Assembly: GCA_013415865.1 (NCBI GenBank)
Contig: CP058896.1
Coordinates: 1,744,316-1,808,315, forward strand
Direction of reading: 5' to 3'
Source of the DNA: Methanomassiliicoccales archaeon
Lineage (GTDB): Archaea > Thermoplasmatota > Thermoplasmata > Methanomassiliicoccales > UBA472
DNA: 64,000 bases
The stretch's first letter is position 1, and each line of letters begins with the position of its first letter. Shown here one piece after another: positions 29,634 to 38,550 of this stretch. The notes below the pieces were generated by a model. The model had not been told where the DNA came from, searched no databases, and saw only the letters and a list, made by a program, of their open reading frames with translations. Both the position numbers and the translations under genes were made by a program.

Positions 29634-30023
29634 TCATTCACCGCCTGAGACGGACTCAACGAACATCAGTGGATATCTCAGCTCATCTATGTATCTCATT
29701 CCCGAGACGACCTCCACATCTTCTATCCTGATCACCAGTTTGACGTCCAGCATAGGCCCTGTGAGCGTCTGGTAATCGAACTCGTCCTTTTTCTTTCTCA
29801 GGGGTCCGCGGTCGATCCTCACCTTGACGTCCTTAACAAATGGCTGGACCTTGACACCTTCCTCTATCGCCTTCTCAAGAGTTTCGACATTTGTCGATGA
29901 AAGCGGGGTACCAACGAACTGATGGTAGATGGTCCCTAATTTGATCCCAGACTCGAAGACCGCCCTCTCTCTCAGGCTGCATTTGAAATATTTGGAGGCC
30001 AGCTCTTCCCTTTTACTAGGCAT
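29634..30023 (-). CDS. archaeal dihydroneopterin aldolase (MptD)-like protein
   Basis: About 130 aa with ERAVFESGIKLGTIYHQFVGTP, which I recall as typical of the archaeal DHNA/MptD family. This is from memory only. Confidence 0.5.
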   Translation of the reverse strand: MPSKREELASKYFKCSLRERAVFESGIKLGTIYHQFVGTPLSSTNVETLEKAIEEGVKVQPFVKDVKVRIDRGPLRKKKDEFDYQTLTGPMLDVKLVIRIEDVEVVSGMRYIDELRYPLMFVESVSGGE

Positions 30024-30453
30024 GTCGCTCTTCGCTCCCTTTGATACTCCATCCCCCTGCCCTGATAAAAATAGTTCGTAGGGACCGATAGACCACCTTT
30101 CGATCTGCAGCTAGGTGCATATTCTGGGGCCGTGATTGCCCAGATCAACGTTACCCACGCGCTGAAGTTCATTTTGAGAGATGGTGTTATCAAGCTCTTT
30201 ATTGGTGGTCTTAGTGGGGGGTAAGAATATAGAACATTGATCTCTAACAGTATCAATGGACAGAGCGGTTAATCATGGCCCTGAAACACACGATCCGGTG
30301 AGATCCTCCCGCATTCATTGAACGAAGTCGCTGGCCGGTCGATAAGAGCTCTAAGGGCGTTATCGTTCAAAATCATACAAAGGGCACCTAGTGAAAAGTA
30401 TGAAATAACACCGACTCGGCTAATGCCATCATCAGTACAAGGAGGATGAACGG

Positions 30454-31071
30454 ATGGAGGTACAAAAGAAGGTATACCAGTTACCCGCGCTGAAGTTCGG
30501 CTACGGTGACCTGGCCCCGTTCCTGTCGGAAGAGCAATTGATGATACACCACACCAAGCACCATGCGGCATATGTCAACGGTGCCAATGCGGCCTTGGAG
30601 AAACTGGAGAAGGCCAGGAGGGAAGGTGTGGATGCAGACCAGAAGGCCATCGCCAAGGAGATGGCCTTTAATGTTGGAGGCTATATACTCCATAAAAAAT
30701 TCTGGGAGAACCTTGCACCGACCGGTAAAGGCGGGGGAACACCAGGCGGGAGGCTCGGCGATGAACTGGTCAAAGAGTTCGGCTCTTTTGAAAGGTTCAA
30801 GAAGGAGTTCAGCCAGGTGGCAACGAGCGTCGAGGGATCTGGATGGGCAGCCCTCACATATTGCCTGGGCGTCGAGAGACCTATGATAATGCAGATAGAG
30901 AAGCACGCGGTCAACGTCAACCCCGGTCATAAGATATTGATGGTCTTGGACGTCTGGGAACATGCTTACTATCTCGACTACAAGAACCTTAGGCCCAAGT
31001 ATGTCGAGGCGTTCTGGAACAATGTAGATTGGGACGACGTCCAAAAGAAGTTTGACGATCTAAGGCGTTGA
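30454..31071 (+). CDS. sod: Fe/Mn superoxide dismutase
   Basis: HHTKHH and [11 protein letters not shown] motifs. GGAGG lies 8 nt upstream. Confidence 0.95.
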   Translation: MEVQKKVYQLPALKFGYGDLAPFLSEEQLMIHHTKHHAAYVNGANAALEKLEKARREGVDADQKAIAKEMAFNVGGYILHKKFWENLAPTGKGGGTPGGRLGDELVKEFGSFERFKKEFSQVATSVEGSGWAALTYCLGVERPMIMQIEKHAVNVNPGHKILMVLDVWEHAYYLDYKNLRPKYVEAFWNNVDWDDVQKKFDDLRR

Positions 31072-31186
31072 GGCCCAAACCATTTTTCTAATCCTTTCCC
31101 ATCTTGAAAAATTTATTATTGCTCAGAGTGGCATCCTCCTTTTGACCTGAATATGAGGTTTTAAATGGCCATGGAGGACTAAGGCG

Positions 31187-31822
31187 ATGGTAGAGGTGGC
31201 CAGATCAAAGAAGGAGCTGAGGTCGGCGCTCCTGTCCAACGATGGCGAAAAAGCGCATGCCATAATATTCGATGACATATCTGGCCTATCAGCGATGGAG
31301 AGGGTGGAAAAGGTCATCCGTCCGGTATTGGACGAGATAGGCATCATGTGGTGGAAGGGGGAATCCTCTCTCTCACAGGTTTATTTCTCGGCGAAGCTCT
31401 GCGAGGAAGCGGTCCTGAGGCTCACGTCCGAGCAGAAATTGAGCATTTCGGAAGGGCCCAAGGTCGCCGTGGCCGCGCTCGAGGACCACCATCTCCTAGG
31501 GTCCAAGGTGGTAAGGATGATGGTCCAATCGGCCGGTCAGAGGGTCATAGACTATGGAAGGATGGATGTCGATTCTCTCGTGAATAAGGTATGCGAGGAT
31601 GACATAGAGTATCTGCTCGTCTCAACTCTGATGCTGCGCTCAGCTTTGAGGGTGAAGGACCTCAAAAAAGAGCTCGAGGAAAGAGGCCGCAGGACAAAGG
31701 TCATCGTCGGTGGAGCACCGTTCAGGTTCGATTGGGGCCTGTGGAGAAAGGTCGATGCCGACTTCACCGCATCATCCCCATTGATGGCCTTGGAGTTCAT
31801 CAGGAGGGAGGAGGAGCTATGA
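31187..31822 (+). CDS. cobalamin-binding corrinoid protein (MtbC/MttC-size)
   Basis: B12-binding cap helices, D-x-H-x2-G as EDHHLLG, S-x-L (VSTLML) and GG (VGGAPF) motifs. Confidence 0.85.
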   Translation: MVEVARSKKELRSALLSNDGEKAHAIIFDDISGLSAMERVEKVIRPVLDEIGIMWWKGESSLSQVYFSAKLCEEAVLRLTSEQKLSISEGPKVAVAALEDHHLLGSKVVRMMVQSAGQRVIDYGRMDVDSLVNKVCEDDIEYLLVSTLMLRSALRVKDLKKELEERGRRTKVIVGGAPFRFDWGLWRKVDADFTASSPLMALEFIRREEEL

Positions 31823-32856
31823 GCAGAGGCATATCCTCCATGGACAGGACGATGGCCGCCATACGTCACGAGCAACCTGACAGGGTACCAGCATTCCTTA
31901 ACCTCACTATGCATGGGGCCAAGGCCCTAGGGGTACCACTGAAGAGATACTTCTCGGACCCAGAGCTCGTCTGCAAGGGGCAGTTATTGATGCTCGAACG
32001 CTTCGGGGCGGATTCCTGCACGGCCTTCACATACTCTTCCGCGGAGCACGAGGCGTTCGGGGGTCATACGTACTTCTATGAGGACGGGCCTCCGAACTCA
32101 GGGAGGCCTATCATCGAGAATATTGAGGACATAGACCATCTTAAGGAGCCTGACATAGACTCCACCAGGTCGCTCATGGTCACGATCGAGGCGACGAGGC
32201 TGCTGAAGGACAGGTTGGGGGAAGAGGTCCCGATATTGGGACTTATAATATCGCCATTCTCTCTCCCGGTCATGCAGATGGGCTTCGACCGTTACTTTGA
32301 GCTTATGTACAAGGACCGGTCAAGGTTCGATGCGCTTATGAGGTTGAACACTGACTTCGAGGTAGAGCTGGCAAATCGTCAACTGGAGGCCGGGGCCACC
32401 GCGATAGTGTATTTTGACCCTGTCTCGTCCACCACCATCATTCCCAGGGAGAAGTTCTTGGAGACGGGCTTCAAGGTGGCGGAGAGGTGCATTTCAAGGA
32501 TAAAGGGGCCCACGGCCATCCACTTCGCATCAGGCAGATTCCTTGGCATAGCGGACAAGGTGGCCGAGCTCAACGTCATTGGGGTAGGGGTCGGTGTGGA
32601 GGAGGACCTCGCCGAGATAAAGAGAAAGATCGGGGACAGGTTGACCATCATCGGGAACCTGAACGGCGTCGAGATGCCTTCATGGTCTGAGGAGGATGTG
32701 GACATCAACGTCAAGGAGGCCATCGAAAAGGCTGCCCCGGGAGGAGGTTTCATCCTTTCGGACAATCATGGGGAGATCCCCTATCAGGTACCTGACAAGG
32801 TCCTTCATGACATAATGTCCGCTGTGGAACGGTATGGCCGTTACAGCGGTACATAG
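31819..32856 (+). CDS. URO-D-family methyltransferase (MtaA/MtbA/CmuA superfamily), atypical
   Basis: N-terminus PDRVP and URO-D-like blocks. ATG 31819 overlaps the corrinoid gene's stop (ATGA). It has only three Cys and lacks the H-x-C...C zinc site; it reads IHFASG and LSDNHGE at the positions I align to it. Confidence 0.8.
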   Translation: MSRGISSMDRTMAAIRHEQPDRVPAFLNLTMHGAKALGVPLKRYFSDPELVCKGQLLMLERFGADSCTAFTYSSAEHEAFGGHTYFYEDGPPNSGRPIIENIEDIDHLKEPDIDSTRSLMVTIEATRLLKDRLGEEVPILGLIISPFSLPVMQMGFDRYFELMYKDRSRFDALMRLNTDFEVELANRQLEAGATAIVYFDPVSSTTIIPREKFLETGFKVAERCISRIKGPTAIHFASGRFLGIADKVAELNVIGVGVGVEEDLAEIKRKIGDRLTIIGNLNGVEMPSWSEEDVDINVKEAIEKAAPGGGFILSDNHGEIPYQVPDKVLHDIMSAVERYGRYSGT

Positions 32857-32876
32857 ATCTGATGAGAGGGAGGGTC

Positions 32877-33611
32877 TCATTCCTGTCCTATGTCTGCAAC
32901 AAGCTTCTTGGCACCGTCGAGCGCCTTCCTTCCGCGCACCGTTATTGCATACCTGCCCCTTCCCCGTGCCTTGCTGACATAACCCGCGTCACATAATGGC
33001 CTGAGGTGATGTTGCAGATGTCCTGTCCTGAGCCCAAGGGATGAGCTAAGGTCCGAGAACGAAGACTCTCCTGCATCGAGCTTCAGGAGGATCCTGACCC
33101 TGACCGGATAAGAGAGCGGGTCTAAAGCCCTCGCGATGCCTTCTGGGTCATCAGCCACATCTCTTTGAACAGAAGGGCCGATGTTGGCCTTTATCTTCTC
33201 AGAGATCTCCATCGTCAACTTGGTGTCCCGGAGAAGGTTCTGGGCTATTGATGAGCATGCTGAATCCTTGCAGGGCGAGCTATTTGAGCACAGTATTCCT
33301 TCCAGTTCTTTGATCGAGAGCATCGCCCCTTCAAAGTCATCATTCTTATATCTGGAGACGGACAAGGCAAGAGCATCCCTTATCTTTTCAAGACACGCTT
33401 TTCGATTGGGGCATTCTGACGAGGCGACGAGCGCATCAAGGTTAGACCTCATCCTTTCCATGTTCGTCTCGGACATCAGCTCCACCATCTTGGACTGGAT
33501 GATGTTCCGGAACCCATCCCCCTTTGCCTCGGATATCATACAATTGAGTTCCTTGATGTCCTTGTGCAGGGCCTCTAGCCTCTCGACGATCTCGTTCTGG
33601 TCCGTCGACAT
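32877..33611 (-). CDS. ArsR-type wHTH regulator with an N-terminal coiled-coil and Cys-rich domain
   Basis: C-terminal YPVRVRILLKL..SFSDLSSSLGLRTGHLQHHLRPLCDAGYV. N-terminal Cys clusters ECPNRKAC and CSNSSPCKDSAC. Confidence 0.7.
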   Translation of the reverse strand: MSTDQNEIVERLEALHKDIKELNCMISEAKGDGFRNIIQSKMVELMSETNMERMRSNLDALVASSECPNRKACLEKIRDALALSVSRYKNDDFEGAMLSIKELEGILCSNSSPCKDSACSSIAQNLLRDTKLTMEISEKIKANIGPSVQRDVADDPEGIARALDPLSYPVRVRILLKLDAGESSFSDLSSSLGLRTGHLQHHLRPLCDAGYVSKARGRGRYAITVRGRKALDGAKKLVADIGQE

Positions 33612-33690
33612 TTAAAGATAGTTATGGAAGCAAGAATATTAATAGAATTGTATTAAAACATAATATTTATCTATTTTACAAAAGCATGAC

Positions 33691-34116
33691 ATGCCCGGTG
33701 AACTCATGGTCGAGATGCCAAAGGAAGTAGTGGAGATGTTCAACAATCCTCAAGCGGTCAAGGTCCTTACGACCATTTCCGCTGATGGCACATTGCATTC
33801 TGTCAGGGTAGGGAGCCTGATCGCCCCTGCGCCGAACCTGATCGCCGTCGGAGCGATATTGATGAAGACCTCCTCCAAGAACATGGAGCATATGAAGCAG
33901 AAGAACCAGCAGGTCGCTCTCCTTGTCGGAGCTGAGATGAAGTCATATCTTGTCCAGGCGAAGATCAAGGAAGTGCACAAATCGGGCCCTCTGTTCGACA
34001 AGATGAATGAGAACCTTAAGGCCATAGGACTTCAGGCAAGCGCGGTCTGGACCTTCGAGCCGACCGGCGTGTGGAACCAGAGCGCCAACTACGAGGCTGG
34101 TAAGAAGATCGCGTAA
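33691..34116 (+). CDS. pyridoxamine-5'-phosphate-oxidase-like FMN-binding split-barrel protein
   Basis: About 140 aa with VKVLTTISADGTLHSV.. typical of the PNPOx-like family. Weak, motif-level call. Confidence 0.45.
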   Translation: MPGELMVEMPKEVVEMFNNPQAVKVLTTISADGTLHSVRVGSLIAPAPNLIAVGAILMKTSSKNMEHMKQKNQQVALLVGAEMKSYLVQAKIKEVHKSGPLFDKMNENLKAIGLQASAVWTFEPTGVWNQSANYEAGKKIA

Positions 34117-34179
34117 GCTAAATCCATTTTCATTTTTTACCTATAATTTTGATCCACCTTATTGGAGCATCCCATCGGT

Positions 34180-34623
34180 TCAAGGTTCCAGTAGCTCGAA
34201 TCCAGATCCTTTATCAAATCTCCTCACCGCCTCATTCTCGACGATCTCGGTGACCACCGCCTCGATGACCTTCCAGGTCCTGACCCCCGCACGTACGCAT
34301 CCGGTCACGGTCGTGTCTCCTCTACCAGAGGCTATATGCATATGTAGCACTGGTCGCCCATTCTCGTCTGGGAATATGGTGCCAACGCCAGCTATCTCCC
34401 TCGGCTCATTTAGCGAGATCCTCATGGGAACGACGGGCGAGGCATCTCCATCAACAGGCCCCACCACCAAGGCGCTGCCCTCATCGAGAGCTCCAAGGGC
34501 AAGGACGCTCGCCCTCATGATGTTATTGTCTTTCGCGAACCTTTCCAACATCTCATGAAGCACCTCGCCATGTTCAAGCCTGACGACAAAGACCCGTCCC
34601 GACCTCGCCTCTGAACTTTTCAT
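34180..34623 (-). CDS. PPC (DUF296) domain protein
   Basis: GRVFVVRLEHGEVLHEMLERFAKDNNI..ASVLALGAL..HMHIASG pattern of the PPC family. Confidence 0.65.
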   Translation of the reverse strand: MKSSEARSGRVFVVRLEHGEVLHEMLERFAKDNNIMRASVLALGALDEGSALVVGPVDGDASPVVPMRISLNEPREIAGVGTIFPDENGRPVLHMHIASGRGDTTVTGCVRAGVRTWKVIEAVVTEIVENEAVRRFDKGSGFELLEP

Positions 34624-34773
34624 AACATCACGCCTTTATAATTCAGTGAAATATGAAACGCTCGCTCAATAACCAATTTATCGTACCTGGACACATAACC
34701 CCCCAAGACCGGGGGATAAGGACTGCAGAGCACCATCGAGGAAAGGCTCGTCGCCTATGCGACCGAGAACGGA

Positions 34774-35211
34774 TTGTTCAAGGGAAGGTTGGAGGATGAG
34801 AAATCTCTGTTCCATCTCTACGTGGAGTACCCTGAAGGGTCTGGAAATATAATGGACATAGTTGGCCCTAAGGGCCGGCCCGATACGGCGCTCATTATCG
34901 CCAGGGTCTCGATCGATCAAGTGCATCGGACCTCCTACGCCTCGCTCACGTCGACGAAGAGGTCAGAACTGGTATCAGAGATGATGAGGACCTTGATCTT
35001 TCAGCCCGTGGGTTTCATGGTATTACCTAACCTAGAGGCCCCAGAGAGCTTTCAGTTCGTTAGGGATATCTATGAGGACGGTCTGACCAAGACATCGTTC
35101 ATGGAAGCACTTGGGCAGGTACACAGATGCGTCACCTATGTGGTCTGGAAATTCAACAATGCATTCTCTGAGGGAAGGCCCTCTGAACCTCCTGGAACCA
35201 TGTATGGATGA
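34774..35211 (+). CDS. hypothetical protein
   Basis: 145-codon ORF with a TTG start in the track and normal composition. No motif recognised. Confidence 0.4.
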   Translation: MFKGRLEDEKSLFHLYVEYPEGSGNIMDIVGPKGRPDTALIIARVSIDQVHRTSYASLTSTKRSELVSEMMRTLIFQPVGFMVLPNLEAPESFQFVRDIYEDGLTKTSFMEALGQVHRCVTYVVWKFNNAFSEGRPSEPPGTMYG

Positions 35212-35263
35212 ACCTTGGATAGCTTGCCAAATCTTTTATATGGACTGAATAATCGCAGCAGAG

Positions 35264-36172
35264 ATGCAGGCCAAAGAGACCATCCAGCGGCTCAAGGCAG
35301 AGAAGAGGGCGATCATACTTGCCCACAATTATCAACCACCAGAGATTCAGGACATCGCTGATTTCGTCGGGGACTCTCTTGGACTTTCAATGAAGGCGGC
35401 GTCGACCGATGCAGAAGTGATCGTCTTCTGCGGTGTGGACTTCATGGCTGAGAGCGCCAAGGTGCTCAACCCCTCGAAGGTGGTGTTACTTCCAGAACCC
35501 GAGGCGAGATGTCCGATGGCCGCAATGTGCGATGCAGAGACCCTTCGCATGGTCAAGGAGAAGTACCCTGCAGCGGCCGTGGTCGCCTATGTCAACACAT
35601 CGGCCGCCGTGAAGACGGAGGCCGACATCTGCTGCACCTCGTCCAACGCTGTAAAGGTCGTCGGTTCGTTGGCGAACAAGGAGGTGATCTTCGTTCCCGA
35701 TTGCAATCTCGGGAAGTATGTCCAGAGGTTCTTCCCCGAAAAGGACATATTGATATGGCCAGGTTTCTGTGCCACCCATGACGGGATCGCCGCCCAAGAC
35801 ATCTTGGAAATGAGGAAAAGGCATCCTGATGCGGTGGTATTGGTACATCCTGAGTGCAGACCTGAGGTCATAGATATCGCCGACAAGATCGCCTCTACCG
35901 AAGGGATGCTCAGGTTCGCAAAAGCATCGTCCGAGCATGAGTTCATCATAGTCACGGAGAGGGATATGACGTACCGGCTCTCAAAGGAAAATCCAGAGAA
36001 GCGCTTCTATTCCATTCCAACGGCCATATGCCCAACCATGAAGATGATCACACTTGAGAAGGTAATAAGGAGCCTCGAGACCCTAGAGCCTAGGATGGAG
36101 CTTTCTGAGGACGTGATGGCAAAGGCAAGGCGCCCTCTTGAAAAAATGATGGAGATAGGGCGTGGGGACTGA
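35264..36172 (+). CDS. nadA: quinolinate synthase
   Basis: ILAHNYQ, FCGVDFMAE and HPEC motifs. Confidence 0.95.
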   Translation: MQAKETIQRLKAEKRAIILAHNYQPPEIQDIADFVGDSLGLSMKAASTDAEVIVFCGVDFMAESAKVLNPSKVVLLPEPEARCPMAAMCDAETLRMVKEKYPAAAVVAYVNTSAAVKTEADICCTSSNAVKVVGSLANKEVIFVPDCNLGKYVQRFFPEKDILIWPGFCATHDGIAAQDILEMRKRHPDAVVLVHPECRPEVIDIADKIASTEGMLRFAKASSEHEFIIVTERDMTYRLSKENPEKRFYSIPTAICPTMKMITLEKVIRSLETLEPRMELSEDVMAKARRPLEKMMEIGRGD

Positions 36173-36173
36173 C

Positions 36174-37784
36174 TCAGTCCTCGCCCTTTGAAGGCGGCGA
36201 CGGCTCCGCGCCCTTTGACGCTATTACATCATCGATCCTGATTATCATCGTCGCTGCATCGGCCGCGGAGCTTATGACCTGCCTTCCTACCCTTATCGGC
36301 TCCAGGACATACTTCTTCCGCATGTCCTCGACCTTTCCATCGAAGACGTTCACGCCCGCATCCACCATCCCGTTTGCATGCGCTTGCCTCAACTGGATCA
36401 ATATGTCGACCTTATCGAGCCCCGCATTCTCTGCCAATGTCGCTGGTATCGATTCCAAGGATGCGGCGAAGGCATTGATAACCAGCTGCTCCCTCCCACT
36501 GACCTTTGAGGCGTACTCTTTCAGCCTCATCGATATCTCCATGGCGGCCGCACCGGCACCGGTGATCATCTTTCCGTCCTCTGTAGCCACCCTCACGACG
36601 TTCAGGGCATCGTCAAGGGAACGCTCGGTCTCCGACACCACATGCTCGGTCCCGCCCCTGATCAATATGGTCACAGACCTGGGGTTCCTACATCCAGTGA
36701 TGAATGTCATCTCATCCCCTTCGAGCTTCTTGGCCTCGACGAGAGAAGCATGCCCTAGGTCAGCAGGCTCGATGTGCCGTGGATCACCTACAAGATTGGC
36801 CCCGCATGCCCTAGATAACTTCTCCATGTCGGATTCCTTGACCTTCTGAAGAGCGAAGACCCCTGCCTTTGACAATACATGTTTTGCCTCATCGCCGATC
36901 CCCTTCTGGCAGATGACCACGTTCGCCCCGGCCTTCAATATTGCATTTACAAGCTCTCTCTGCTCCCTTTCCTCCTCCTCTAAGAAAGCGTGCATCTGGG
37001 ATGGGTCGGTGATCTCGATCTTCGCCTCGACCTCCGTCTTTTTAACCTCTAGGGCGGTCGTTATCAGGGCGATTGAGGCATTCTCGACCCTCTTGGGCAT
37101 GATCACATGCTCTGGGCCTTTGTCCACCACCATGCCTTTTATGAGCATGGTGTCCTCGACGGACCCGCCCTGTTTCTTCACGATATTTATATTATCAAGG
37201 TCCACCACGGTCCTTCCATCCCTTCTTTCGGTCACTGCTTTGACCGCATCCACAGCGATCGTGGCCAGATGGTCCCGGACTCCGACGATGGCCTTGCTCA
37301 TCATTGATGTCCTAGCGATGTCCAGCAGCTCCTTCCTATCATCTGGGTCGATGGGTCTGGCGATATCTTCAAGGACCTCTAGGGCCTTGGAGGACGCCAT
37401 CGAGAAACCTCTGGCGATGACAGTTGGATGGACATCTGCATCTATCAGTTCTTGTGCCTTCTTCAGCAGCTCCCCTGTCAACAGCACTGCGGTCGTTGTA
37501 CCATCACCACATTCTTGATCGAGCGTCTTAGCGACCTCGACGAGCATCTTGGCGACCGGGTGCTGGACCTCGATGTCCTTCAATATCGTCACACCATCGT
37601 TCGTTATCGTAACATCCCCTATGGGTGTGACAAGCATCTTGTCCATCCCTCTTGGTCCCAGGGTCGTCTTCAAAGTATCTGCGATGGTCCTGGCGACCAT
37701 TATGTTGTTGTACTGCGCATCCTTACCCTTCTCTCTTCTTGTCCCCTCTTTGAGGATCAAAATAGGTCCGGTGTTGGTGCCCAT
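36174..37784 (-). CDS. ths: thermosome subunit (group II chaperonin)
   Basis: GPRGMDKM, GDGTTT and VPGGGA-like (ITGAGAAAME) motifs; 536 aa. Confidence 0.97.
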   Translation of the reverse strand: MGTNTGPILILKEGTRREKGKDAQYNNIMVARTIADTLKTTLGPRGMDKMLVTPIGDVTITNDGVTILKDIEVQHPVAKMLVEVAKTLDQECGDGTTTAVLLTGELLKKAQELIDADVHPTVIARGFSMASSKALEVLEDIARPIDPDDRKELLDIARTSMMSKAIVGVRDHLATIAVDAVKAVTERRDGRTVVDLDNINIVKKQGGSVEDTMLIKGMVVDKGPEHVIMPKRVENASIALITTALEVKKTEVEAKIEITDPSQMHAFLEEEEREQRELVNAILKAGANVVICQKGIGDEAKHVLSKAGVFALQKVKESDMEKLSRACGANLVGDPRHIEPADLGHASLVEAKKLEGDEMTFITGCRNPRSVTILIRGGTEHVVSETERSLDDALNVVRVATEDGKMITGAGAAAMEISMRLKEYASKVSGREQLVINAFAASLESIPATLAENAGLDKVDILIQLRQAHANGMVDAGVNVFDGKVEDMRKKYVLEPIRVGRQVISSAADAATMIIRIDDVIASKGAEPSPPSKGED

Positions 37785-38034
37785 TTTCTCGCCTCCTCAT
37801 CTATTGAAGCTATCTTGGTTCACATCGATTGAAAATAGACCGGATGAGATACAAAAAATTTAGGGCTCAACGATGGGCATAACTTTCGATGCTAGGATCA
37901 TCATTTGACGGTCTAAATGATCTCTTAATGATTGATAATAGGGTCCCTGCCATAATGGTATTATTTTTTATCATATTGTATCAAGAAATATACAAGCCCT
38001 ATTCTGACCTTATTGGTATCGAGATGATATAGAC

Positions 38035-38454
38035 ATGGGCAAAAAGGTCAAAAGGTCCGAGATAAGGGCCATAATCGACGCATCATTCGATAAGGACCTG
38101 GAAGCGGTTGAAATGATCAGGTCGCGCTTTATCGATCTGATCGATATGTGTATAGAAAAAGACGTCGAGCCAGAGACACTGTTGCATGAATTGACCGTCA
38201 TAAGACATTTCTCAGAAACGTTATTGATGAACAAGATAGCAGGAACTGATGATCTCAGTAAGCTAGGAAAGAAAAAAAGGAAGGAATTCGTAAAGACATG
38301 CGAAGTGATAGACCAAAAGGGTGCTGAGACCTTTTTGTCCTTGAATGCAGAGGGTCTGAGTAGATCGAATCACAAGAAGGCAAGCGATCAGGCCGTACCT
38401 AACGAATCACAGCCATATAACCCACGGAATGAGAGGCCGTGGTACATCCAATGA
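38035..38454 (+). CDS. hypothetical protein
   Basis: 139-codon ORF with a charged, helical N-terminal half and a disordered C-terminus. No motif recognised. Confidence 0.4.
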   Translation: MGKKVKRSEIRAIIDASFDKDLEAVEMIRSRFIDLIDMCIEKDVEPETLLHELTVIRHFSETLLMNKIAGTDDLSKLGKKKRKEFVKTCEVIDQKGAETFLSLNAEGLSRSNHKKASDQAVPNESQPYNPRNERPWYIQ

Positions 38455-38550
38455 AAGGTAGATGAGGCCCCTGAGCATTAAAGACCTTATGTCTGTTGTC
38501 GATCAGAAGGCGGTAGATCATCTGTGACGGGGGCCACATTGTAGGCTCAT

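Noticed and set aside
30024-30453. SRP RNA or RNase P RNA in the long spacer
   Set aside because: I could not find the conserved SRP helix-8 GGAA/GNAR-type motif or the RNase P GAGGAAAGUCC-type CR-I motif.
36274-37518. Two ORFs of 191 and 201 codons on the plus strand
   Set aside because: Both are antisense to the thermosome gene, with Ser/Thr/Ala-rich shadow frames.
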